Below are positions 8,525 through 17,474 of a DNA stretch of 32,000 nt, piece by piece; the first letter of the stretch is position 1, and every line of letters begins with the position of its first letter. This DNA is from Bacillus subtilis subsp. subtilis str. 168 (lineage in GTDB: Bacteria; Bacillota; Bacilli; Bacillales; Bacillaceae). The translations under genes were made by a program, and so were the position numbers. The stretch is from NCBI RefSeq assembly GCF_000009045.1, contig NC_000964.3:3210001-3242000 (forward strand), given 5' to 3'. A model generated the notes under the pieces. The model did not search any database. It was not told where the DNA came from and worked only from the letters and a program-made list of their open reading frames with translations.

Positions 8525-8857
8525 ATGTTTTGTACATTTTTTGAAAAACATCACCGGAAGTGGGACATACTGTTAGAAAAAAGCACGGGTGTGATGGAAG
8601 CTATGAAAGTGACGAGTGAGGAAAAGGAACAGCTGAGCACAGCAATCGACCGAATGAATGAAGGACTGGACGCGTTTATCCAGCTGTATAATGAATCGGA
8701 AATTGATGAACCGCTTATTCAGCTTGATGATGATACAGCCGAGTTAATGAAGCAGGCCCGAGATATGTACGGCCAGGAAAAGCTAAATGAGAAATTAAAT
8801 ACAATTATTAAACAGATTTTATCCATCTCAGTATCTGAAGAAGGAGAAAAAGAATGA
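8525..8857 (+). CDS. mstX: Mistic (membrane-integrating protein), 110 aa as classically annotated
   Basis: The translation MFCTFFEKHHRKWDILLEKSTGVMEAMKVTSEEKEQLSTAIDRMNEGLDAFIQLYNESE... matches the Mistic sequence as I remember it. The stop overlaps the yugO start (ATGA). The start is uncertain, and internal ATGs at 8594 and 8603 are possible (see findings). Confidence 0.85.
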   Translation: MFCTFFEKHHRKWDILLEKSTGVMEAMKVTSEEKEQLSTAIDRMNEGLDAFIQLYNESEIDEPLIQLDDDTAELMKQARDMYGQEKLNEKLNTIIKQILSISVSEEGEKE

Positions 8858-9840
8858 AATCAAATCGGATATTTATTTCATGGCTCAGGTGGCCGTTATT
8901 TATCCGAATCGGGGTTATTATTTTATGTCTGATTCTTTTGTTCGGCCAAATCATTTATATACTTGAGCCTAAGCAGTTCACTTCGGTATTCGAAGGTATT
9001 TGGTGGGCTGTCGTTACGGTTTCTACAGTCGGTTATGGAGACTATGTGCCGCACACTCCGCTGGGACAGGCAGCCGGAATACTGCTGATTTTGAGCGGAG
9101 CAAGCTTTGTCACAGCGTATTTCGCTACGTTATCAGCGGCCGCATTCAGCAGACAGCATCGCTACATTGAAGGAAAAGTTGCTTACAAAGGCCGGGACCA
9201 CATCATTCTGATCGGGTGGAATGAAAAAACAAACCGGCTTTTGAAGGACCTTCAGCTTGCCGCCCCTTCCAAAACAGTCGTACTAATCGATGAATCCTTA
9301 ACAGAAGGCCCGCTTATTGAAAACGTTCATTTCATACGCGGGCACGCTGCCGATGATGGGACACTGAAACGGGCCAATATTACTGAAGCGGAATCAGTGA
9401 TGATTACTGCCGATCAGTATAAAAGTGAAACTGATGCTGATATGCTGTCAGTGCTGACTCTTTTATCTGTTAAAGGTCTTAATCCCCTTGCTTACTGCAT
9501 CGTCGAGATTTTAACTGACCGTTTTGTCACCAATGCGGAACGGGCAGGCGCAAACCAAATCATCGGAACTTCAGAATTTATCAGCCGGGCGATGCTGCAG
9601 CATTACCAAGTCAAGTTACGGCCGTCTAAACAGCAGAACGGAATCAAGCTGACACTTGATCAGCATGTGGAGCTTCTTGCTGTTCCTGACGAACTAAAGG
9701 GAGCGGCTTACAAAACCTGTGTTCTCTATTTCCTTGATCACAACACAACAATTATAGGCATACAAAAAAAGGAGGGGCCGATGCTTTCCCCTCCTCTTAC
9801 ATACAAGGTGCTCGAAACAGATCAATTCCTTGCCATCTAG
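8854..9840 (+). CDS. yugO: potassium channel with a C-terminal RCK/TrkA-N gating domain, 328 aa
   Basis: The selectivity filter TVSTVGYGDY lies between two TM helices. It is followed by a Rossmann-like HIILIGWNEKTNRLL RCK domain. The strong SD GAAGGAGAAAAAGAATG sits inside the mstX 3' end. Confidence 0.95.
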   Translation: MKSNRIFISWLRWPLFIRIGVIILCLILLFGQIIYILEPKQFTSVFEGIWWAVVTVSTVGYGDYVPHTPLGQAAGILLILSGASFVTAYFATLSAAAFSRQHRYIEGKVAYKGRDHIILIGWNEKTNRLLKDLQLAAPSKTVVLIDESLTEGPLIENVHFIRGHAADDGTLKRANITEAESVMITADQYKSETDADMLSVLTLLSVKGLNPLAYCIVEILTDRFVTNAERAGANQIIGTSEFISRAMLQHYQVKLRPSKQQNGIKLTLDQHVELLAVPDELKGAAYKTCVLYFLDHNTTIIGIQKKEGPMLSPPLTYKVLETDQFLAI

Positions 9841-10241
9841 TGTAACAGAACATCCTCCAATTCTTTCACGAGAGAGGCGCCGATATCCAAAAATGCCGGA
9901 TCAATTTCCGCGTCCCGCCTTTCCGGTTCGGAAAATTGATTAAACAGTGATTGGAAAGGCCCTCCCTCGGCGTGATCGTCAACATCCGCCTGAAACACCT
10001 GTCTCAGCATAAATGGCGTTCCGATCCGGACGGCCGCCCCTCGTTCATCGAGACTGCCCTGTACCGCATTGACGGGAATTCTTAAAAATAAATAGCCGTC
10101 TCTATCATCAATTTTATAATCAAAGTAGCCATGATCGTATTCCCAGCCGCCGTTTATCACATAACCGAGCGGCTTCATCACTTGTTCCAGTTCTTGAAGC
10201 AGAAAAGACTGCCCATCTATCGCGGAAGGTATTGGTATCAT
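9837..10241 (-). CDS. yugN: YugN-family protein of unknown function, 134 aa
   Basis: An intact ORF with SD AAAAAGGGGCATTCTGATG. The protein is acidic and soluble-looking. Position and length match yugN. Confidence 0.8.
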   Translation of the reverse strand: MIPIPSAIDGQSFLLQELEQVMKPLGYVINGGWEYDHGYFDYKIDDRDGYLFLRIPVNAVQGSLDERGAAVRIGTPFMLRQVFQADVDDHAEGGPFQSLFNQFSEPERRDAEIDPAFLDIGASLVKELEDVLLH

Positions 10242-10300
10242 CAGAATGCCCCTTTTTTCACTTATCCTGTCCCGCCGAACAAGACTTCATTCAGAGGCGC

Positions 10301-10672
10301 CTACATGGAAATCGTTGTTTCTTTCGCGCGGCCAACAGGAAAGAAAGCGCATTCAATTAAGAAGTAAACAGCCATTGCCGCTGCAAGCCATACAGCTGAA
10401 TCCCAAGACACATAAACAACCGTTGCATAGAGTCCTAATTTAGTGAAAAGAGTATGGGTTCGTTTTAAATGCAAAATCCGATGTACCGCATCGGTAAAAA
10501 GGGCAAGCGGCAAACCAATGAGAAGAAAGGAGTGGATGAAAAAATGTGACAGCGTGCCGCCAAAGCTTGAAGAAAACCCTGTATACACGGCATCAAAGGA
10601 GATAAGGAAACTTAAAATAGCTGCAGAAAAACCGGCAATGATGAGATGTTTAACCAATTGTTTCATGAACAT
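10301..10672 (-). CDS. yugM: small membrane protein, 123 aa (four predicted TM helices)
   Basis: The track ORF (165 aa) extends into the pgi 3' end and across the pgi terminator. The ATG at 10672 follows GAAAGGTGCTG and gives MFMKQLVKHLIIAGFSAAILSF.... Confidence 0.75.
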   Translation of the reverse strand: MFMKQLVKHLIIAGFSAAILSFLISFDAVYTGFSSSFGGTLSHFFIHSFLLIGLPLALFTDAVHRILHLKRTHTLFTKLGLYATVVYVSWDSAVWLAAAMAVYFLIECAFFPVGRAKETTISM

Positions 10673-10690
10673 CAGCACCTTTCTGATTTT

Positions 10691-10722
10691 ATAAAAAGCC
10701 GACCGGCAAATGCCAGTCAGCT
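10691..10722 (-). terminator. intrinsic terminator of pgi
   Basis: The reverse strand reads AGCTGACTGG-CATTTG-CCGGTCGGCT (10 bp including two G-U pairs) followed by TTTTTAT. Confidence 0.7.
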
Positions 10723-10730
10723 TTCTCACA

Positions 10731-12083
10731 TTAATCTTCCAGACGTTTTTCAAGCTCTGCTTTTTTCTCTTCAAAGCCAGGTTTGCCGAGTAACGCAAAC
10801 ATATTGACTTTATACGCTTCTACACCAGGCTGGTCAAACGGATTGACGCCAAGGAGGTAACCGCTCATCGCGCAGGCTTTTTCGAAGAAATATACAAGGT
10901 ATCCAAAAGTATATGCATTCAGCTCAGGAATGTTAACGATTAAGTTCGGAACATTTCCGTCTGTATGGGCAAGCATTGTACCTTGGAATGCTTTTTTGTT
11001 AACGAAATCAACAGTTTTACCGGCTAAATAGTTCAAGCCGTCAAGATCGTTATCCGCTTCCTCAATTGTCAGTTCATGTTTAGGCTTCTCTACGTTCAGG
11101 ACCGTTTCGAATAAATCTCTGCGGCCTTCTTGTACATACTGGCCTAAAGAATGAAGGTCTGTTGAATAGTTCGCTGAAGAAGGATAAATGCCCTTCTCAT
11201 CTTTCCCTTCGCTTTCTCCGAACAGCTGCTTCCACCATTCCGCAAAGTATTGAAGCGCCGGTTCGTAGTTGATGAGCATTTCAATTGTTTTGCCCTTATT
11301 ATAAAGGACATTGCGAACAACCGCATATTGGTATGCTGGGTTATCTTCCAGTTCAGATGTTGCAAAATCTTTGCTCGCATCCAGGGCGCCTTTCATCATG
11401 TCGTCAATGTTGACGCCGCTGACAGCAATCGGCAAGAGACCTACAGCTGTTAAAACTGAATAACGGCCGCCGACATCGTCAGGAATTACGAATGATTCAA
11501 AGCCTTCTTCGTTAGAAAGCGTTTTTAATGCGCCGCGCTCTTTATCAGTTGTTGCATAAATCCGCGCTTTCGCTTCTTCTTTACCGTATTTCTCTTCAAG
11601 AAGCTTGCGGAAAATACGGAAAGCGATTGCAGGTTCAGTTGTCGTACCTGATTTAGAAATCACATTAATAGAGAAGTCAACATCTTCAAGAAGATCCATG
11701 ACGTCTCTCATATAAGATGAACTGATGTTGTTCCCGATAAAAATGACTTGCGGATTGCCGCGTTTTGCTTTTGGCAAAGTGTTATAAAACGCGTGATTCA
11801 GCGCTTCAATCGCTGCCCGCGCTCCAAGATAAGAACCGCCGATGCCGACAACAAGCAAGACATCAGAGTCAGATTTGATTTTTTCCGCGCTTTTTTTGAT
11901 GCGCGCGAATTCTTCTTTATCATAATGTTCAGGGAGGTCCACCCAGCCTAGAAAATCGCTGCCCGCGCCTGTTTTCTCATGGATATTATGGTGTGCTGTT
12001 TTTACAAAGTCCCGCAGGTATGTAAGTTCATGTTCGTTGAAGAAAGTCAACGCTTTTGAGTAGTCAAAGCGTACATGCGTCAT
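10731..12083 (-). CDS. pgi: glucose-6-phosphate isomerase, 450 aa
   Basis: The translation [51 protein letters not shown]... is Firmicute-type PGI. The start was moved to the ATG at 12083, which lies 8 nt after GGAGGG. Confidence 0.96.
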   Translation of the reverse strand: MTHVRFDYSKALTFFNEHELTYLRDFVKTAHHNIHEKTGAGSDFLGWVDLPEHYDKEEFARIKKSAEKIKSDSDVLLVVGIGGSYLGARAAIEALNHAFYNTLPKAKRGNPQVIFIGNNISSSYMRDVMDLLEDVDFSINVISKSGTTTEPAIAFRIFRKLLEEKYGKEEAKARIYATTDKERGALKTLSNEEGFESFVIPDDVGGRYSVLTAVGLLPIAVSGVNIDDMMKGALDASKDFATSELEDNPAYQYAVVRNVLYNKGKTIEMLINYEPALQYFAEWWKQLFGESEGKDEKGIYPSSANYSTDLHSLGQYVQEGRRDLFETVLNVEKPKHELTIEEADNDLDGLNYLAGKTVDFVNKKAFQGTMLAHTDGNVPNLIVNIPELNAYTFGYLVYFFEKACAMSGYLLGVNPFDQPGVEAYKVNMFALLGKPGFEEKKAELEKRLED

Positions 12084-12151
12084 TGCTTGTCCCTCCATAA
12101 CGGTATAATGTTTTCATCTTTCACTTTATATGAACTTATCTGTGAAATCAA

Positions 12152-12190
12152 GTCAAGAAGAAAGGGCGGAATGACTGGATTCCGCCCTTT
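12152..12190 (-). terminator. intrinsic terminator of yugK
   Basis: The reverse strand reads AAAGGGCGGAAT-CCAGTC-ATTCCGCCCTTT followed by CTTCTT. Confidence 0.7.
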
Positions 12191-12194
12191 GGGT

Positions 12195-13367
12195 TTATAG
12201 AGACGCGCGAAGGATGGCAAGCACGTCATCTTTGTTCAGTTTTTGGAAGTTGCCGAAGCCGCCGTGTTCCATTTCCTTGGCTGCGATATCAGCAATCAGC
12301 TCAAGCTTTTCTTCTCCAATATTGTAATCAGCAAGACGAGAAGGTGCACCGAGGCTTGTCCAGAACGCAGACAGTTTATCGATTCCTTCAAGCGCAATTT
12401 CTTTATCTGTTTTGCCTTCAGTATCAATGTCAAACATGTTGAGCATAAGGTTTTTAAAACGGCCTACATTTGTATCAAGCGTGTATCTCATCCAATTTGG
12501 GAACAGTATTGCCAAACCGCCCGCGTGCGGAATATCATATACAGCTGAAACAGCGTGTTCCATTGTATGAGAAGCCCAGTCACCGAAGTATCCCATTTGG
12601 AGCGTGCCGTTTAAAGCAATAGTACCAGCATACAAAATCGTTTCACGAAGTTCGTAGTTTTCCAGATCTTCAAGAAGCTTAGGAGCTGTTTCGATGACCG
12701 TCTGCAAAACAGCAAAGCACATTCTATCCTGAAGCGGCGTGTTTTCAACATTATGGAAGTATTGTTCGAATACGTGGCTCATCATGTCAACCATGCCGTA
12801 TACTGTTTGATTTTCTGGAACGGTGAACGTATTTTCAGGGTCTAAAATAGAGAAACGCGGATGAGTGACATTGCTGCCCCATACAAATTTCTCGTTTGTT
12901 TCCCAGTTTGTAATCACGGAATCAGGGTTCATTTCAGACCCTGTTGCAGCAAGAGTTAAAACAGTGCCAAACGGCAGCGCATCCTCCGCTGTTACTTTTT
13001 TGCTGAAAATATCCCAAGCGTCACCGTCATATTTGACGCCAGCTGCGATTGCCTTTGTACAGTCAATCACACTGCCTCCGCCGACAGCAAGCAGAAAATC
13101 AATGTCATGCTCTCTGCAAAGTCCTATGCCTTTTTCCACTGTCGCAAGACGCGGGTTTGGCTCTACACCTGACAGCTCATGAACAACAGCGCCCTCTTCT
13201 TTTAAAATGCCTGTGACTTGATCATAAAGGCCGTTGCGTTTAATGCTGCCGCCCCCGTAAACAAGCAGTACATTCTTGCCGTATCGTTTGAATTCTTTTC
13301 TTAATTGTTCAAGCTGACCTTTTCCAAAAATCAGCTTTGTCGGATTATAATAAGTGAAATTTTCCAT
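12195..13367 (-). CDS. yugK: iron-containing (group III) alcohol dehydrogenase, butanol-dehydrogenase-like, 390 aa
   Basis: The ORF carries the Fe-ADH motifs [13 protein letters not shown] and [13 protein letters not shown]. The start was moved to the ATG at 13367 after GGAGGTTTTACT. The upstream part of the track ORF crosses the yugJ terminator. Confidence 0.9.
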   Translation of the reverse strand: MENFTYYNPTKLIFGKGQLEQLRKEFKRYGKNVLLVYGGGSIKRNGLYDQVTGILKEEGAVVHELSGVEPNPRLATVEKGIGLCREHDIDFLLAVGGGSVIDCTKAIAAGVKYDGDAWDIFSKKVTAEDALPFGTVLTLAATGSEMNPDSVITNWETNEKFVWGSNVTHPRFSILDPENTFTVPENQTVYGMVDMMSHVFEQYFHNVENTPLQDRMCFAVLQTVIETAPKLLEDLENYELRETILYAGTIALNGTLQMGYFGDWASHTMEHAVSAVYDIPHAGGLAILFPNWMRYTLDTNVGRFKNLMLNMFDIDTEGKTDKEIALEGIDKLSAFWTSLGAPSRLADYNIGEEKLELIADIAAKEMEHGGFGNFQKLNKDDVLAILRASL

Positions 13368-13408
13368 AGTAAAACCTCCAAATGATGCTGGTAAAAAACA
13401 GATTTTCC

Positions 13409-13417
13409 ATTGTAACA
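13409..13417 (-). promoter_or_regulatory. extended -10 (TGTTACAAT) candidate promoter for yugK, just downstream of the yugJ terminator
   Basis: The reverse strand reads TGTTACAAT about 40 nt upstream of the yugK ATG. The -35 is weak (TTTCTT). Confidence 0.3.
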
Positions 13418-13425
13418 TAAGTTGA

Positions 13426-13466
13426 CAAAAAAGAAAAAGGGAAGCAGCCAAACGGCTATTTCCCCT
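13426..13466 (-). terminator. intrinsic terminator of yugJ
   Basis: The reverse strand reads GGGGAAATAGCC-GTTT-GGCTGCTTCCC (with an internal mismatch loop) followed by TTTTTCTTTTTTG. Confidence 0.65.
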
Positions 13467-13470
13467 TTTT

Positions 13471-14634
13471 TTATAGTGATGCTTTCAAAATTGACAGCAC
13501 ATCTTCTTTGTTGAGTGATTTAAATTGGCCGAATGTACCGTTAGCCATTGCCTTGTCAGCGATTGTGTCAAGCTGCTCATCATTAATATCATAATCAGCA
13601 AGACGGTTCGGAGCGCCAAGACTTGTCCAGAATGCGGACAGCTTATCGATACCTTCAAGGGCAATTTCTTCATCCGTTTTACCTGCTTCTTCAACATCAA
13701 ACACGCGAACTGCAAGCTGTTTCATGCGGGCAGGGTTTTCAGACAATGTGTGTCTCATCCAATTCGGGAACAGAATCGCCAGTCCGCCGGCATGCGGAAT
13801 ATCATAAACGGCTGATACTGCATGTTCAATATTATGAGTAGCCCAATCCCCTCTTGCCCCCATAGAAAGCATGCCGTTTAATGCGATTGTTCCTGTGTAC
13901 AGGATCGTCTCACGCAATTCGTAATTTTCGAGATCATTGATCAGCTTAGGCGCTGTTTCAATGACTGTACGCAAAAGTGATTCACACATGCGGTCCTGAT
14001 ACGGCGTGTTTGATACATGATGGAAGTATTGTTCGAATACGTGGCTCATCATGTCAACCATCCCGTAGATCGTGTGGTTTTTAGGTACGGTGAATGTATT
14101 CACCGGATCAAGAATCGAGAATTTAGGGAATACGAGCGGGCTGCCCCAGCCGTATTTTTCTTTTGTTTCCCAGTTTGTAATAACAGATCCTGAGTTCATT
14201 TCTGAACCAGTTGCAGCGAGAGTCAATACCGTTCCGAATGGCAAAGCATCTTTTGGCTGATGCTTTTTCGTAACGATATCCCACGCATCACCATCATACT
14301 TCGCTCCTGCGGCAATCGCTTTTGTACAGTCGATTACGCTTCCGCCTCCGACAGCCAGCAAGAAATCAATGTTTTGTTCTTTACAGATGGCAACACCTTT
14401 ATTAACAGTCGACACACGAGGATTCGGTTCCACACCTGCTAATTCATGCACGGTCGCTCCGGCTTTATTCAGCTGTTCAATCACTTGATCATACAGGCCG
14501 CTGCGTTTAATGCTGCCGCCTCCGTACACAAGCAATACGTTTTTTCCGTAAGGTTTGAGTTCCTCCGGAAGTCTTTCCACTTCGCCGCGCCCGAAAATTA
14601 ATTTGGTCGGATTCCAGTATGTAAAGTTTTGCAT
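13471..14634 (-). CDS. yugJ: iron-containing (group III) alcohol dehydrogenase, butanol-dehydrogenase-like, 387 aa
   Basis: A tandem paralogue of yugK, roughly 70 percent amino-acid identity by eye. The SD is AAGGAGGAGATGTCATG. Confidence 0.92.
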   Translation of the reverse strand: MQNFTYWNPTKLIFGRGEVERLPEELKPYGKNVLLVYGGGSIKRSGLYDQVIEQLNKAGATVHELAGVEPNPRVSTVNKGVAICKEQNIDFLLAVGGGSVIDCTKAIAAGAKYDGDAWDIVTKKHQPKDALPFGTVLTLAATGSEMNSGSVITNWETKEKYGWGSPLVFPKFSILDPVNTFTVPKNHTIYGMVDMMSHVFEQYFHHVSNTPYQDRMCESLLRTVIETAPKLINDLENYELRETILYTGTIALNGMLSMGARGDWATHNIEHAVSAVYDIPHAGGLAILFPNWMRHTLSENPARMKQLAVRVFDVEEAGKTDEEIALEGIDKLSAFWTSLGAPNRLADYDINDEQLDTIADKAMANGTFGQFKSLNKEDVLSILKASL

Positions 14635-14781
14635 GACATCTCCTCCTTAGATTTTTTATTATGCAGAATGTCCTCACCACATGTAAAGCAATCAGCTCTC
14701 ACCGATCAGCATACCAGATGGTTTTATTTTGCAAGGTGCTGGGAAAGAAGCTGATATAAGCGAGGGCAGGCCAGCTTCCCT

Positions 14782-14816
14782 CATATGGAGAATGCATGTA
14801 TAGATTCTCCAATATG
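14782..14816. promoter_or_regulatory. inverted repeat (operator candidate) in the yugJ/yuzA divergent region
   Basis: TGGAGAAT (14786-14793) and ATTCTCCA (14804-14811) form a perfect 8-bp inverted repeat with a 10-nt spacer. With a one-base bulge it extends to CATATGGAGAAT / ATTCTCCAATATG. Confidence 0.3.
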
Positions 14817-14863
14817 TCACAATCTATAACTGTTTTAATAATTCATGGAGGAGGTTGCAAAAC

Positions 14864-15100
14864 ATGAGTACCATTCAAAGAATTTGTCTTGTATTAACCA
14901 TCATTGGCGCCATTAACTGGGGACTGATCGGATTTTTCCAATTTGACTTAGTAGCGGCTATCTTCGGCGGCCAAGGGTCAGCTCTTTCCCGAATCATTTA
15001 CGGACTTGTCGGAATCGCCGGCTTAATCAACCTCGGTCTGCTATTTAAGCCAAACGAGGAAAGATCACGTGAAGAAGCAGCAAATCCTGAAATGCGATAG
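14864..15100 (+). CDS. yuzA: DUF378-family small membrane protein, 78 aa
   Basis: MSTIQRICLVLTIIGAINWGLIGFFQFDLVAAIFGG... is the typical DUF378 sequence. The ATG at 14864 lies 9 nt after GGAGGAGG. The track's TTG at 14855 sits too close to the SD. Confidence 0.85.
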   Translation: MSTIQRICLVLTIIGAINWGLIGFFQFDLVAAIFGGQGSALSRIIYGLVGIAGLINLGLLFKPNEERSREEAANPEMR

Positions 15101-15136
15101 GATATCAATCACGCTGAAATAGGATTTTGCATGAAA

Positions 15137-15172
15137 TCAAAAGCACCGAACATTCCTGTCCGGTGCTTTTTT
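15137..15172. terminator. bidirectional terminator between yuzA and yugI
   Basis: AAAGCACCG-12 nt-CGGTGCTTT, with TTTTTT on the forward strand and TTTTGATTT on the reverse strand. Confidence 0.8.
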
Positions 15173-15177
15173 CATGC

Positions 15178-15570
15178 TTATTTTTTGATAAGGTCTTTGC
15201 GGTTGGACATTTCGATCCACTCTTCAAGCTTATCTTTTAATGTGTTGAAACCTTGTGGTGTAGAAGCTTCTTCGCTTACTTGAGCAGCTTTAGGTTTTCT
15301 TGGTTTGCTTTCTTTTTTCTCAGGCGCAGCTTGTGTCGCACGAATTGAAAGGCTGATTTTGCCTTTTTCTTCATCAACAGCAAGTACTTTTACTTGTACT
15401 TCGTCGCCAACTGAAAGGTGCTCGTTGATATCTTTTACGAAACCGTGAGTCACTTCAGAAATGTGTACTAAACCTTGAGTTTCTTCATCTAATGCAACAA
15501 ACGCACCATACGCTTGTAATCCTGTAACTTTACCAGTGTAAACACTGCCCACTTCAAATTTTGCTGCCAT
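15178..15570 (-). CDS. yugI: S1-domain RNA-binding protein (general-stress-protein-13-like), 130 aa
   Basis: The S1 fold signature reads GSVYTGKVTGLQAYGAFVALDEETQGLVHISEV...GDEVQVKVLAVDEEKGKISLSIR. It is preceded by a strong sigma-A promoter and SD TAGGAGTTGTTATGAATG. Confidence 0.93.
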   Translation of the reverse strand: MAAKFEVGSVYTGKVTGLQAYGAFVALDEETQGLVHISEVTHGFVKDINEHLSVGDEVQVKVLAVDEEKGKISLSIRATQAAPEKKESKPRKPKAAQVSEEASTPQGFNTLKDKLEEWIEMSNRKDLIKK

Positions 15571-15620
15571 TCATAACAACTCCTAAGTTAAATTAAATAT
15601 CTGTTTATACGCAATTTAAA

Positions 15621-15649
15621 ATTATATCACACATGTCTTATTTCCGCAA
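15621..15649 (-). promoter_or_regulatory. sigma-A promoter of yugI
   Basis: The reverse strand reads TTGCGG-17 nt-TATAAT, with a TG extension (TGATATAAT). It lies about 50 nt upstream of the yugI ATG. Confidence 0.6.
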
Positions 15650-15685
15650 AGAAAACTTTTTTATAAAAAATCAGGTTTATGCACA

Positions 15686-15740
15686 GCAAAAAGGGGGTAA
15701 ACTGAAAATACCAAAGGCTTTCTAGTATTCCCCCCTTTTA
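15686..15740 (-). terminator. probable terminator of alaT
   Basis: The reverse strand reads AAAAGGGGGG...(inner GAATAC/GTATT stem)...CCCCCTTTTTG. Confidence 0.5.
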
Positions 15741-15771
15741 TTGGATGCGAACAAAAGGTTCGTATCTTTTT

Positions 15772-16932
15772 TTATGTTGTTTTGTGCAGGAAGCGTTTCA
15801 TTCTGACTAACGCTTCTTGAAGCTGTTCAATCGAGGTTGCGTATGAACAACGGATATATCCCTCACCGCTCGGACCAAACACACTTCCAGGAACAACTGC
15901 CACTTTTTCCTGCGTCAGTAGCTCCTCGGCAAACTGTTCTGAACTCATTCCCATGCTTTTGATAGATGGAAAAGCATAGAAAGCGCCGCCCGGATGATGA
16001 CAGCTGAGACCGATTTCATTGAGCGATTCTACAAACAGATTCCGTCTTCTTCGATAGCTTTTTTTCATTTTTTCTACGTCTTCCATGCCGTTCTTCAGGC
16101 CTTCAAGGGCGGCAAACTGCGCCATTGCGGGCGCGCACATCATCGCATACTGATGAATTTTAAGCATGGCATCCCGAAGCAAGGATGGTGCCGCGGCAAA
16201 ACCGAGCCTCCAGCCCGTCATTGCAAATGCTTTTGAAAAGCCTGAGATGACTACCGTCCGTTCCTTCATTCCCGGTAATGCCGCTATACTTGTAAATTCC
16301 TCATCATATGTCAGCTCCGCGTAGATCTCGTCGGCTAAGACGATGACATCATGTTTTTTGGCAAACTCAGCAATCTCATTCAGCTCTTCCTTCGAATAAA
16401 CCGAACCTGTCGGATTCGATGGTGAGCAGATGAGAATGGCCTTTGTTTTTTCAGTGACTGCCGCTTCAAAATCAGCAGCCGTTGCTTTAAATCCTTTGTC
16501 TGCCGTTGTATGAACGTGAACCGGGATACCGCCTGCCAAAGAAACAAGCGCATCGTACGCAACAAAACACGGCTCAGGAATGATGACTTCCTCACCTGGA
16601 TTCACAATGGCGCGGATCGCAATATCCAAAGCCTGACTTGCCCCCACTGTCACAATCAGCTCATTATCTGGCGAGTAGCTAAGGTCAAACCTGTTGCTCA
16701 AATAACGGCTGATTTCCTCCCGCAATGAGTATAAACCCGCATTGGCCGTGTATGACGTATATCCTTGTTCAAGAGAGAGAATGCTTGCTTCGCGGACATT
16801 CCATGCGGTAACAAAATCAGGCTCGCCGACGCCTAAAGAAATGACGCCTTCCATCGTTGCCGCCAAATCAAAGAATTTGCGGATGCCGGATGGTTTTATT
16901 TGTTGTACATAGTCTGATAAATACGAAGTCAT
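15772..16932 (-). CDS. alaT: PLP-dependent class I aminotransferase (alanine transaminase), 386 aa
   Basis: The aminotransferase I/II fold includes the SGFSKAFAMTGWRLG PLP-lysine motif. The ATG directly abuts the alaR stop (TAAATG). Confidence 0.92.
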   Translation of the reverse strand: MTSYLSDYVQQIKPSGIRKFFDLAATMEGVISLGVGEPDFVTAWNVREASILSLEQGYTSYTANAGLYSLREEISRYLSNRFDLSYSPDNELIVTVGASQALDIAIRAIVNPGEEVIIPEPCFVAYDALVSLAGGIPVHVHTTADKGFKATAADFEAAVTEKTKAILICSPSNPTGSVYSKEELNEIAEFAKKHDVIVLADEIYAELTYDEEFTSIAALPGMKERTVVISGFSKAFAMTGWRLGFAAAPSLLRDAMLKIHQYAMMCAPAMAQFAALEGLKNGMEDVEKMKKSYRRRRNLFVESLNEIGLSCHHPGGAFYAFPSIKSMGMSSEQFAEELLTQEKVAVVPGSVFGPSGEGYIRCSYATSIEQLQEALVRMKRFLHKTT

Positions 16933-17433
16933 TTACGGTGACACCACGATTCTTTTGTCGTCGTCTCCTGTTTCAAACACTTTGCCGTCATGCTTGTATT
17001 TTTTCAGGATAAAATGGGTTGTCGTAGATACAACTGAATCAAGCGTTGAGAGTTTATCCGAAACAAAACGCGCTACGTCAGACATCGAATTGCCGCGAAT
17101 CACGACAGACAAATCGTATACGCCTGACATCAGGTAAACTGATTCAACCTCTTGGAATCGGTAAATCCGTTCCGCCACTTCATCAAAACCGACGCCCCGC
17201 TTCGGCGTTACTTTGACGTCAATCATGGCCGTAACGCCCTCATGTCCGTCGACTTTTCGCCAGTCAATCATAGCGGAATAATCGATAATAACCTTTTCTT
17301 TCTCCAGTTTGTCAATAATTGTTTTCACTTCATTTACAGGGATGCCCGCCATCTTTGCGATTGTTTCTAAATCGGCGCGGCTGTTTTCGTCTAAAATTTC
17401 TAATATTTCTGTTTCTTTTTCTGTCAATTTCAT
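16933..17433 (-). CDS. alaR: Lrp/AsnC-family transcriptional regulator, 166 aa
   Basis: An N-terminal HTH (ILEILDENSRADLETIAKMAGIPVNEVKTIIDKLEKEKVI) is followed by a RAM/AsnC_trans_reg domain. The start was moved to the ATG at 17433, 8 nt after AAAGGTG. The track's GTG lies within the SD. Confidence 0.9.
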   Translation of the reverse strand: MKLTEKETEILEILDENSRADLETIAKMAGIPVNEVKTIIDKLEKEKVIIDYSAMIDWRKVDGHEGVTAMIDVKVTPKRGVGFDEVAERIYRFQEVESVYLMSGVYDLSVVIRGNSMSDVARFVSDKLSTLDSVVSTTTHFILKKYKHDGKVFETGDDDKRIVVSP

Positions 17434-17450
17434 TTGATTCACACCTTTGC

Positions 17451-17474
17451 AATGTCAAGAAATCTCATGACATT
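17451..17474. promoter_or_regulatory. 7-bp inverted repeat overlapping the alaR -10/+1 region (operator candidate)
   Basis: AATGTCA-10 nt-TGACATT. The right arm overlaps the first bases of the -10 hexamer on the opposite strand. Confidence 0.3.

Noticed and set aside
10673-10798. N-terminal extension of yugM (165-aa track ORF) overlapping the pgi 3' end
   Set aside because: The extension runs through the pgi terminator hairpin and overlaps pgi coding sequence. An internal ATG with an SD at 10672 gives a compact four-TM protein.
13368-13451. N-terminal extension of yugK (418-aa track ORF)
   Set aside because: The extension crosses the yugJ terminator and the promoter-like region. The ATG at 13367 has a GGAGG SD and aligns with the yugJ N-terminus ([15 protein letters not shown] versus [15 protein letters not shown]).
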